From NCBI GenBank assembly GCA_965217775.1, contig CBDCJH010000002.1:2912001-2976000 (forward strand): a stretch of 64,000 bases of DNA, read 5' to 3'. Origin of the DNA: Acidobacteriota bacterium (GTDB taxonomy: Bacteria; Acidobacteriota; UBA6911; RPQK01; JAJDTT01). Position numbers and translations under genes: made by a program. Of this stretch, positions 30,551 through 38,725 are shown piece after piece; position 1 is the stretch's first letter, and each line of letters starts with the position of its first letter. Below the pieces are notes generated by a model. That model ran no database searches and was not told where the DNA came from. It saw only the letters and a list, made by a program, of their open reading frames with translations.

Positions 30551-33414
30551 TGGACCCGTTCCACGGGCAGACGGACTGTAAACGTGCTTCCCTCCCCCAC
30601 CCGGCTTCGCGCCCGAATTCGACCCTCGTGCTCCTGAACGATTCCGTAACAGACCGAGAGCCCCAGGCCGGTCCCCTTCCCCACGTCCTTGGTGGTGAAG
30701 AAGGGATCGTAGATCCGGTGGAGAACGTCGCCAGGAATGCCCTTTCCACTGTCTTCCACCTCCACCACGAGACCGGAATCCCTGTGGTAGGTGCGGACCG
30801 TGATGCTCCCTCCGTCCGGCATGGCGTCCTTGGCGTTCATCAGCAAGTTGACGAAAACCTGCTGCAGCTTGCCCTCATGGCCCCGGGTGCGGGGCAGAGC
30901 GGGATCGAGATGGAGACTGACCTCCACTCCTTGGCTCCAGAGTTGATGCTCCAGGAGGGACACCGTCTCCAACATCAGGGAATTGACGTTGACTTCACGG
31001 AAATCGCCGTCCCGGACACGCGCAAAGTTGACCAGGTTGTTGACGATCCGCGAGGCTCGAAAGCTCTGCTTTTCGATCTTCTCCAAGAGGTCGCGCCGGG
31101 AGTCGGAAGCAGGAGTCGCATCCAGCAGCAACTGCGCGTAGCTCGAGATCCCGGCCAGAGGCGTATTGACCTCATGCGCCACCCCCGCCGCCAGGAGGCC
31201 GATGGAGGTGAGCTTCTCGGCCTGCACCAGTTGGTCCTCCAACTGCGCCTTCTCCGTCACGTCGTCGAAGAGCAGAAGAGTTCCGGTGAGTACGTCATCC
31301 TGGGCCACGAAGGGCGAGAGGTGAATACTCACGAGGCGATCCTCGCCCGACCAGGACTTGAGACGCGTCTTGTCCAGGCGTGTCACCTCCGGAATCCGCC
31401 AGCGAGAGCCGCCCAGTGCTTCCTTGACGGATTGGAGCAGGTCCGGGGGAAAGACGTCGTCGATACTCCGGCCGACCGCAGCGCTCGCCTCCAGGCCGTA
31501 GAAAGACTCCATGAACGAGTTCCAGACTCGGACGGCGCCTTCCGAATCGACCACCACGACTCCCGCCGTAATGCTCCGGATCACGCTTTCGTTGTAGCTC
31601 TTGAGCCTCTGAAGCTCGCCCGCCTTGGTTTCCAACGACCGGTAGAGCACCGCGTTGTCCATGGCAGTTGCCACATAACCGGCAAGCGCGGCGAGCAACT
31701 CCATATCCTCGCTGTTCAAGACGTCGCCGTTGGCCCGATCCCCCAGACCCAGCAGACCGATGACGCGGCCATGGGTCTCGAGGGGTTGAAGATACCGAAT
31801 TCCCAAGGCCGACAGTCGGGTCTGGTGACGCGTCTCCTCATCCCAGCCGCCGAAACCCGGCGCCAACCGCACCGCCCGGCCGTCGCCGCGGCCCCAAGGT
31901 GGAGCCGGCACCAAAATCGGACTGTCCTGGTCAAGCCGGCCGTTCACACCGAGGGCGTGGTAGAGAAAGAATCGACCGGGCCGTTCCGGAGAGCGGAGAA
32001 AGACGGCCACGGGACGGACAGTGAAGGTCTGCTCGATCCGGGCGCAAACTCGCTCCGCCAAACGCGGCAGATTGATTTCCGAGTTCAGGCTCTTGCCGAA
32101 ATCCGCAAACGACTGACGATAGTCGTAGGTCTCCGGATAGTAGTAGCGATCCAGGCGCTGCTGAATCTTGTTCTTCACCGGTGCGAACAGGAAGGCCGCC
32201 ACTAAGGCCGAAACGGCGAAAACCGAGAAGTCGGAATGGGGGGAGAGACCGAACAGGGTTCCACCGACCAGCAGGACCACCCCCACATAAAAAACCAGCA
32301 GGACCCAACTGGCCAGGACGTAGGCCGCGCTTTCGCGGAAGATCAGTTCCACGTCCATCAATCGGTACCGGATGATGGCGTATCCGAAACACAAAGGAAG
32401 GAGCGCCAGACTCAAGATCGACATCTCCATGACCGGATGGATGGGAAAACCCAGGAAAAAGGGTCCGGCATACAGAATCAGGAACGGGACCAGGGCGATG
32501 AGGGTCCCATGGGACACCCACTTCATCTGCCTGCGGTGAAGGGCCGTCCGTGCCTGCCGGCCGGATTGGATGAGCAGACCGGCTCCCAGACAGAAGAAGA
32601 TCCCCAAATGGGACAGATGAATCTTGTCGAAGAAGTGGGCGATCCCCGGACTTCGCGCCAACCCCAGCGGCTGCAGAGACCCCAGGAACCAAGCCACGTG
32701 GATCGCCAGTAGCGTGACCGCCGGAAGATAGAAGGCAGCCCCCAGCTTTCCCCGCGGATCCAGCCATCGCTGGGCCTCGGGAAAAGTCGCGCAGAAATGG
32801 AGAAACAAGGGAGGAAGCAGCAGCAGGGCCACCGACCCGACCCAATAAATCAGGAGATCGAAGGGATCGCCGCGACCGGAGTACCGGTACAGATACAGGC
32901 AGAAAGAAACCAGGCAGAGCAGAAAAAAGTGGAGTGCGCCCGGGGACTGGTGCTTTCGCAGAAAGACGAACAGTCCGATGGAGAGGTGGAGCAGGGCTAC
33001 CAGCACCAGAAGGCCGTCGGTCCGGCCGAGCCCCGACTCGATCTCCAGCCGCACTTCGTGTTGGCTCCGATCGCCTCCGGGTGTCTTCCGGATCAGATAC
33101 GTCGCCGGCATGCCAGGGGGAACGGCCCCGGCCAAGACTTCCATCACCTCGACATAGTCGTCGAGAGACCGGATCTCGATACCCCCCAGCTCCAGCAGCC
33201 GGTCTCCGGTCTCGATTCCGGCACGCGGCCCACCGCCCGCCGGATCCCGGATCCGATGGGCGACCACGTTCCCGCTGCTTGCTTCGGTCCAGACGATCCC
33301 GTCAGAGACCTCGCCCCAAGTCGACCGATCCAGAAGATTCAGGACGCCGAGATAGACGGCGACGGCGGAGGCCAGGACGACCAGGACAGCCTTCAGTTGG
33401 AAGCCACGAAGCAT
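30547..33414 (-). CDS. Membrane sensor histidine kinase (PDZ-like, multi-TM, GAF, PAS, HisKA, HATPase)
   Basis: AGIETGDRLL (PDZ-like), multiple TM segments, AGVAHEVNTPL H-box, DSGKGI, PFFTTK, GTGLGL. Confidence 0.92.
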   Translation of the reverse strand: MLRGFQLKAVLVVLASAVAVYLGVLNLLDRSTWGEVSDGIVWTEASSGNVVAHRIRDPAGGGPRAGIETGDRLLELGGIEIRSLDDYVEVMEVLAGAVPPGMPATYLIRKTPGGDRSQHEVRLEIESGLGRTDGLLVLVALLHLSIGLFVFLRKHQSPGALHFFLLCLVSFCLYLYRYSGRGDPFDLLIYWVGSVALLLLPPLFLHFCATFPEAQRWLDPRGKLGAAFYLPAVTLLAIHVAWFLGSLQPLGLARSPGIAHFFDKIHLSHLGIFFCLGAGLLIQSGRQARTALHRRQMKWVSHGTLIALVPFLILYAGPFFLGFPIHPVMEMSILSLALLPLCFGYAIIRYRLMDVELIFRESAAYVLASWVLLVFYVGVVLLVGGTLFGLSPHSDFSVFAVSALVAAFLFAPVKNKIQQRLDRYYYPETYDYRQSFADFGKSLNSEINLPRLAERVCARIEQTFTVRPVAVFLRSPERPGRFFLYHALGVNGRLDQDSPILVPAPPWGRGDGRAVRLAPGFGGWDEETRHQTRLSALGIRYLQPLETHGRVIGLLGLGDRANGDVLNSEDMELLAALAGYVATAMDNAVLYRSLETKAGELQRLKSYNESVIRSITAGVVVVDSEGAVRVWNSFMESFYGLEASAAVGRSIDDVFPPDLLQSVKEALGGSRWRIPEVTRLDKTRLKSWSGEDRLVSIHLSPFVAQDDVLTGTLLLFDDVTEKAQLEDQLVQAEKLTSIGLLAAGVAHEVNTPLAGISSYAQLLLDATPASDSRRDLLEKIEKQSFRASRIVNNLVNFARVRDGDFREVNVNSLMLETVSLLEHQLWSQGVEVSLHLDPALPRTRGHEGKLQQVFVNLLMNAKDAMPDGGSITVRTYHRDSGLVVEVEDSGKGIPGDVLHRIYDPFFTTKDVGKGTGLGLSVCYGIVQEHEGRIRARSRVGEGSTFTVRLPVERVQ

Positions 33415-33505
33415 GAACGGCTCCCCTCAGAAACGGCCGGCAACGGAAATGACGCACACGTCGGCGACGCTTTTCATAACCCTTCCAATACCCCACCATT
33501 CGTCC

Positions 33506-33520
33506 GCAAGATCGGTGCCA
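33506..33520 (-). promoter_or_regulatory. Sigma54 -24/-12 promoter
   Basis: Minus strand reads TGGCACCGATCTTGC, about 90 bp upstream of the kinase ATG. Confidence 0.75.
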
Positions 33521-33717
33521 TCTACCGGTCGACCCACGAAATCTCTTGATAAGAAGAGGGATTCTCCTCCCTGCGAGAAGGCCGGCGCACCCCTGACGGA
33601 GAATTCAGTCCAATCTCTCGTACGAGATCCAATAATTTGGATTATCGGCATGCGTCCCCCGGATCAGAGCGTTACCGGGAGTCCTGCTTCCCGAACAGCA
33701 GGAACAGCGGTGGGAAA

Positions 33718-35502
33718 TCAGAACCGGACCGTGACTCCGCCCCGAACGGACCTTGGGTTTTGGGCCAGAACGACGCTTCCACCCGGACCGTTCGAGACCA
33801 CGCCAAGGTCCTCATTGGTGAGATTGCGGATATCCAAAAGCGCCTCGATCCGGCGGCCGTTGAGGAAGTCCAGACCGAGGAAGCTCAAGATGCTGTCGGG
33901 AATGGGTATGATCTGACGAATAAAGAGATTCAGACCCTTGTTGCCGGTCTCGTAGGCATCCGAGAGCGCGTCCAAAGGGGTCACGGGGTCGCCGTCAGTC
34001 ACGAATTTGACCACGGCCGTCAACTCGGTCCGAGTCGTCGGTATGAACACGCCCAGCTCGGTGTCGACAGCGCCGTAGCCCGTTCTCTTCAACATACGGC
34101 CGACATCCGCCGTTTCCAGCACCAGGGTGTACCCGGTGGGAACCACACTGACGCCCGTGCCGCGGATATAGGAAACGCCGGCACGAACATTGCGGGTGAT
34201 ACCCTGGCGCAACGTCAACCGATTGCCCCAGGTCCGGGCCTGATCGTCCGTGAGCCGGACCAGATCCGGGTCCGGGGAACTGGTGAAAAAAGCCATGAAG
34301 GGAACGGTTCCGCCGAAGAACTGGTCCTGGAAGCGGGCCAACTCCAACTCGGTGTTTTCCCAGAGCTTGTAGGCCAGACTTCCCCGGTAGTGCCGCGAGG
34401 TGCCGAATTCCAATCGATTGTCGATCCACGAGATCTTGACGGCATCCGAGAGACCCACGGTACGGCCGTCTTCCAAGGTCACGGAATTCTGGTAGAGAGT
34501 CGGCCGCTTCGACGCCATGGTCACCCGCAAACGGGCGCGGGGCACAGGTCGCAGGGTCAATTCGGCGCTTGGACTCAGGGTCGAATAGTTATAGGTCGAT
34601 CGAACCTTGTTCAGCTCGAGTCCCCAGGTCAGGGCCAGGGTGTCCCCCCATGAGAATCTGTCTTCGAAACCCACGCTGAGGATGTTGGTGGTGCCGGCGG
34701 CATTGGTGAAATCCACATCACGACCCAGAGCTCCGGGATTCCCCAGCAGGGCCATTCTGGGCTGATGGACACCGATCCGGCCGTGGCCGAGAAACACCCT
34801 CACCGAGTGGCGATCACTCAGCGACTGGTCCATGAACGCCTTGATCCGCCAGAGCGAATCCTCGCCCGAATTCAACTGGCCTGCGAAGATGTAGTCGCGG
34901 CCGCCGGGGAGACTCTGCACCATGCCGAAATTCGCCGTGGTCGCTCCCGCGGAGTCGTCGGGAAGGCGGAGATAGTCTCCGCCATGGCCCACGTTGGAAT
35001 AGACCTGGAAAACCGCGCTTTCGAACCAGGGGTTGGTTCGTCCCTCCAGCAACTCGGGAAGATGGCGGAAAATGAGCCTCGGGTCGGCATTGCGAAGCAG
35101 CGCCTTGAAGCTGACGTTGCGGCCTCCCAACCCTTCGACGTCCAGCAACTCCTGCAACACCAGGGTCATCACCGCCGTCTGTCCGGGAAGAATCTCCACC
35201 GGACCCGCCTTCCGCACCGCGTACTGACTGCTCTTGACCAGGACCCTGTAGGAACCCGCCCTCATATTCTTGAAGAACAGCCGGCCCGACTCGTCGCTAC
35301 GGGTCAGAACCGGCAAGCCGTCGTCGGAGGAGCTTTCCGTCAGCGTCACCAGTACGTCGGAAACCGGGAGCCCGGATTCGTCCTGCACCAAGCCGAGGAG
35401 CTGTCCCCGGGCGGACCCTTGAACCGGCATTCCGGACAGAAATAGGAGAACACCGAGTAGAAACAGGTGAACTGGCAGACGACCTATTGAAGGACAGGTC
35501 AT
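33718..35502 (-). CDS. Outer-membrane protein with an N-terminal carboxypeptidase-regulatory-like domain (TonB-receptor-like barrel)
   Basis: Signal peptide; GLVQDESGLPVSDVLVTL...RSDESGRLFF...GSYRV; C-terminus PRSVRGGVTVRF. Confidence 0.72.
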   Translation of the reverse strand: MTCPSIGRLPVHLFLLGVLLFLSGMPVQGSARGQLLGLVQDESGLPVSDVLVTLTESSSDDGLPVLTRSDESGRLFFKNMRAGSYRVLVKSSQYAVRKAGPVEILPGQTAVMTLVLQELLDVEGLGGRNVSFKALLRNADPRLIFRHLPELLEGRTNPWFESAVFQVYSNVGHGGDYLRLPDDSAGATTANFGMVQSLPGGRDYIFAGQLNSGEDSLWRIKAFMDQSLSDRHSVRVFLGHGRIGVHQPRMALLGNPGALGRDVDFTNAAGTTNILSVGFEDRFSWGDTLALTWGLELNKVRSTYNYSTLSPSAELTLRPVPRARLRVTMASKRPTLYQNSVTLEDGRTVGLSDAVKISWIDNRLEFGTSRHYRGSLAYKLWENTELELARFQDQFFGGTVPFMAFFTSSPDPDLVRLTDDQARTWGNRLTLRQGITRNVRAGVSYIRGTGVSVVPTGYTLVLETADVGRMLKRTGYGAVDTELGVFIPTTRTELTAVVKFVTDGDPVTPLDALSDAYETGNKGLNLFIRQIIPIPDSILSFLGLDFLNGRRIEALLDIRNLTNEDLGVVSNGPGGSVVLAQNPRSVRGGVTVRF

Positions 35503-35682
35503 AAGTTTTCTTTCAATTCCACATTCTAGGTATCATCGCGAATATAGTCAATTCGCCGTCGCATTTTGAATCCACGGGCCTTCCCCCGTTCCTCCCACTC
35601 ACTCCCGGCGCCTTCCTTTTTCGCTCCTGAGACGAGTGTATACTCCGGCCATGACCCCCGTTCTCGATCCAATTCTTGTCCC

Positions 35683-36441
35683 ATGATCGTCCATGGGGTC
35701 CATGCCGTCCGGGAGGCGTTGGCTGCGGAGAATCCCAAGGTCGAGAAGATTCTGATCCGGAGACGGAGTCTGAATCCAAGACTGCAGGGAATCGTCGAGG
35801 CGGCTCGCCAGCGCGGAATTCCGATCCGATTCGAGGCCGCGTCCCGGGCTTCCGCAGCCAAGGGGCGACAGCGTCATTCAGAGGTCTCCGCCCGGGTTTC
35901 CGGTGCCTCTCCGGTCCCTCTCGATCATATCCTGAGCCAGCAGCCAAGCCTGTTGCTCGCCGTTGACGGCGTCCAGGACCCCAACAATCTGGGCGCCCTC
36001 CTGAGAACGGCGGAGGCGGTCGGAGTCGACGGAGTCCTGATCCCGCGGCGCCGTTCCTGTTCCATCACTTCCAGCGTGGTCACTTCCAGCGCCGGAGCCG
36101 CCCTTCATCTGAGGATCTGCCGCGTTTCCAACCTGTCTCGCACCCTGGACAAACTCAAGCAGACGGGATTCTGGATCGTGGGCTTGGACCCGAAGGGCTC
36201 GACCGGCCTGAACCGGATCGACGCCACGTTGCGCCTGGTCGTGGTCGTGGGCGGTGAACACCAGGGTCTGCGCCGGCTCGTGCGCCGGCAGTGCGACTTC
36301 CTCGCAGCCCTGCCCATGCAGGGACGGGTCGCATCCCTGAACCTGTCGGTGGCGGCGGGAGTCCTGCTGTACCACATCATTCTTCGCAGAACTAGCGGGG
36401 CTCCAGAATCAGGTTCCGCCACCGATCCACACGACCCTTGA
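35683..36441 (+). CDS. rlmB: 23S rRNA (Gm2251) 2'-O-methyltransferase
   Basis: GVHAVREAL, DGVQDPNNLGALLRTA, GGEHQGL, SLNLSVAAG. Confidence 0.93.
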   Translation: MIVHGVHAVREALAAENPKVEKILIRRRSLNPRLQGIVEAARQRGIPIRFEAASRASAAKGRQRHSEVSARVSGASPVPLDHILSQQPSLLLAVDGVQDPNNLGALLRTAEAVGVDGVLIPRRRSCSITSSVVTSSAGAALHLRICRVSNLSRTLDKLKQTGFWIVGLDPKGSTGLNRIDATLRLVVVVGGEHQGLRRLVRRQCDFLAALPMQGRVASLNLSVAAGVLLYHIILRRTSGAPESGSATDPHDP

Positions 36442-38407
36442 ATCCGGGAGGAATCAAGGTGGTGGCGCTGTATTCGCTGATCACGGCGGGCGCCTTGAGC
36501 CGAGTCCCAGGCCGTAGCCGGTCGCGATCGTAAAAACGGGCCAATCGGCGCCTCCCCTGGAAAAGGACCTTTCTTTTTTCTTCGGCGACGGCCCGGGGCG
36601 GCTTCTTGGGGATGGTGGCAGCTTCCGGAAGCGGCAGCTCGGCGTGGTTGCCCGAGGCCCGAACCCGCAGTGTCACGACTTCCACGGCGAGACCAGGATT
36701 GGAGTATCCGTAGAGCCTCTCATGCTTCTTGTGAAAAGCTCGCACCAGGTTGCGCGAGAAGGGAACGTTGATTTCGTAACCTTGCCCCAGGTACCGGAGG
36801 TCCACGCTCCGCTGGAGTTGGATCCGCTCCTCCGCGAACCCGTCCTGAGCCAACTGGCGGCGCGCCTGATCCATCAGGGGCGCCAGCCTTTTCTGGAGGC
36901 GGCGTGACACGTTGGCATTGCTGAAGGCAAGACGGACGGTACGCGAGAGATCCCGGACCACCTGCGAGCCCATCATTCCCCAGGCGGAGACCAGACCCGG
37001 GCTGGAAGGGATCATGACCCGCGGAATCATCAGAGATCGAGCCAGCTCGCAGGCATGGAGCCCGCCCGCGCCGCCGTAGCTCACCAGGGTGAAGTCCCGG
37101 GTGTCGTGGCCCTTTTCCAGGGAGATCATCCGCAAGGCCGTTTCCATCTGGGTGTTTGCGATCTTGATGATTCCCTCGGAAAGTTCCTCGGGTGACCAGG
37201 AATGCTCCTGGAGCCGGCTGGCAAGCTGGCTCAGGTACCTGGGCAGCCGTCCTGAATCGATTTTCATCTCTCCGCCCAGAAAGCGTTCGGAGTCGATTCT
37301 GCCCAAAAAGAGGTTGGCGTCGGTCACGGTGATGTTCCGTCCCCGTCCGTAGCAGACGGGACCCGGACTGGACCCGGCGCTCCTGGGACCCACCCGCAGC
37401 AGCCCCCCGGAATCGACCCATGCAATGGAGCCGCCGCCCGCTCCGACGGAACGAATGGGGATCATCTGCACGGGCAGAGGAAACCGGTCCACCTCGGCCT
37501 CACCGGTGCTGGGTACACGCTGGTCGCAGAGGCAGACGTCGGTGGACGTGCCCCCCATGTCCAGAGTGATGATCCGGTCGTAGCCGGCCTGCCGGGCCAG
37601 CTTGAAGGCTCCGACGACTCCTCCCGCCGGCCCCGAAAAAAGAGTTCGCACCGGATCGACCGGGGTCGAGGACAGGGGCGCCGTCCCACCATTGGACTGC
37701 ATGATGGTGAGACGGCCCTGCCCCAGCAGAGGGCTCGAGCCCAAAGCTTCCAGATAGCGGTTGACCACCGGAATCAGGTACGCGTTGATGACGGTCGCCG
37801 ACGTTCGTTCGTATTCACGGAACTCGGGCAGGACCCGGCTGGAGAGACTGACCGGTATTCCGGTGTCCCGCAGCGCCTTGCCGACGAGCTCCTCGTGACG
37901 TGGATTGACGTAACTGTGCAGCAGGACCACCGCGATGGCCTGGGGCGACTGACGCCGCACCCTTTCCAGGAGCCGGTCCAGAGTCTCCCGTTTCAGCGGC
38001 TCCGGCCGCGTTCCGTCGTGAAGCGTCCGTTCCTCGATTCCGAGGCGCCGGCTGCGCGGAACCAGCGGCGTGACCCGGGGCGCGGTCAGACTGTACAGAT
38101 GGGCCCGGTTCTGGCGCCCGATCTCCAGAACGTCCTGGAAACCCTCGGTCGTCACCAGCAGGATCTTGGCCCCCTTGCGCTCCAGCAACGCATTGGTGCC
38201 GACGGTGAAGCCGTGTTGAACCAGGGCGGGAGCGTCCCCGAGAATTCGGGCCAACCCCTCCAGCACCGCCTGCTCCGGCGTCGCCGGCGTCGAGGGCAGC
38301 TTCAGGAATTCGATCCCGCCCTCACGGCAGACCACGAAATCGGTGAAGGTGCCGCCGGTGTCGACCCCGACGCGCAACAGAGACTCAGGATCGCCCACAC
38401 TCTCCAT
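36392..38407 (-). CDS. Hydantoinase/oxoprolinase A-subunit family protein
   Basis: GVDTGGTFTD, EFREYERTS, SGPAGGV, DMGGTSTD, GAGGGSIA, TVTDANL. Confidence 0.92.
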   Translation of the reverse strand: MESVGDPESLLRVGVDTGGTFTDFVVCREGGIEFLKLPSTPATPEQAVLEGLARILGDAPALVQHGFTVGTNALLERKGAKILLVTTEGFQDVLEIGRQNRAHLYSLTAPRVTPLVPRSRRLGIEERTLHDGTRPEPLKRETLDRLLERVRRQSPQAIAVVLLHSYVNPRHEELVGKALRDTGIPVSLSSRVLPEFREYERTSATVINAYLIPVVNRYLEALGSSPLLGQGRLTIMQSNGGTAPLSSTPVDPVRTLFSGPAGGVVGAFKLARQAGYDRIITLDMGGTSTDVCLCDQRVPSTGEAEVDRFPLPVQMIPIRSVGAGGGSIAWVDSGGLLRVGPRSAGSSPGPVCYGRGRNITVTDANLFLGRIDSERFLGGEMKIDSGRLPRYLSQLASRLQEHSWSPEELSEGIIKIANTQMETALRMISLEKGHDTRDFTLVSYGGAGGLHACELARSLMIPRVMIPSSPGLVSAWGMMGSQVVRDLSRTVRLAFSNANVSRRLQKRLAPLMDQARRQLAQDGFAEERIQLQRSVDLRYLGQGYEINVPFSRNLVRAFHKKHERLYGYSNPGLAVEVVTLRVRASGNHAELPLPEAATIPKKPPRAVAEEKRKVLFQGRRRLARFYDRDRLRPGTRLKAPAVISEYSATTLIPPGFKGRVDRWRNLILEPR

Positions 38408-38560
38408 CACGTGCTGTCCCGAGTTTGTCCTTTCTATCGAATTCCAGCGCCGCGGCCGGACGCCCACCCTTTCCCCGTCATCCGGTTCAGGCCTGAGAAG
38501 ATGCTACAATACCGAAGATTCGGGAAACCTGACAAGCGTGCCCCGGGGCGCTTTCCGACC

Positions 38561-38716
38561 CTAGCAGCCCGTGACAGAAGTCGTCACGGCATTCGACCGG
38601 GTCTGCATCCCGGCGGACGGCGTTGCTCTTCGGTTACATACTCCCTCAGAGCGCCTTGTCCGGCGGGCGCAGCCACGGTCTCGGTGCTACGCGGGACCTT
38701 TGCCACGGACTGCCAG
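38561..38716 (+). mobile_element. Family A MITE (small internal deletion)
   Basis: CTAG-CAGCCCGTGACAGAAGTC ... GACCTTTGCCACGGACTG-CCAG; ends 9 bp before the ntrY-like ATG. Confidence 0.85.
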
Positions 38717-38725
38717 GCCGACATC

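Noticed and set aside
37895-38500. 1012-aa version of the NtrY-like kinase
   Set aside because: The upstream part is antisense to the hydantoinase gene; homology starts near 38726.
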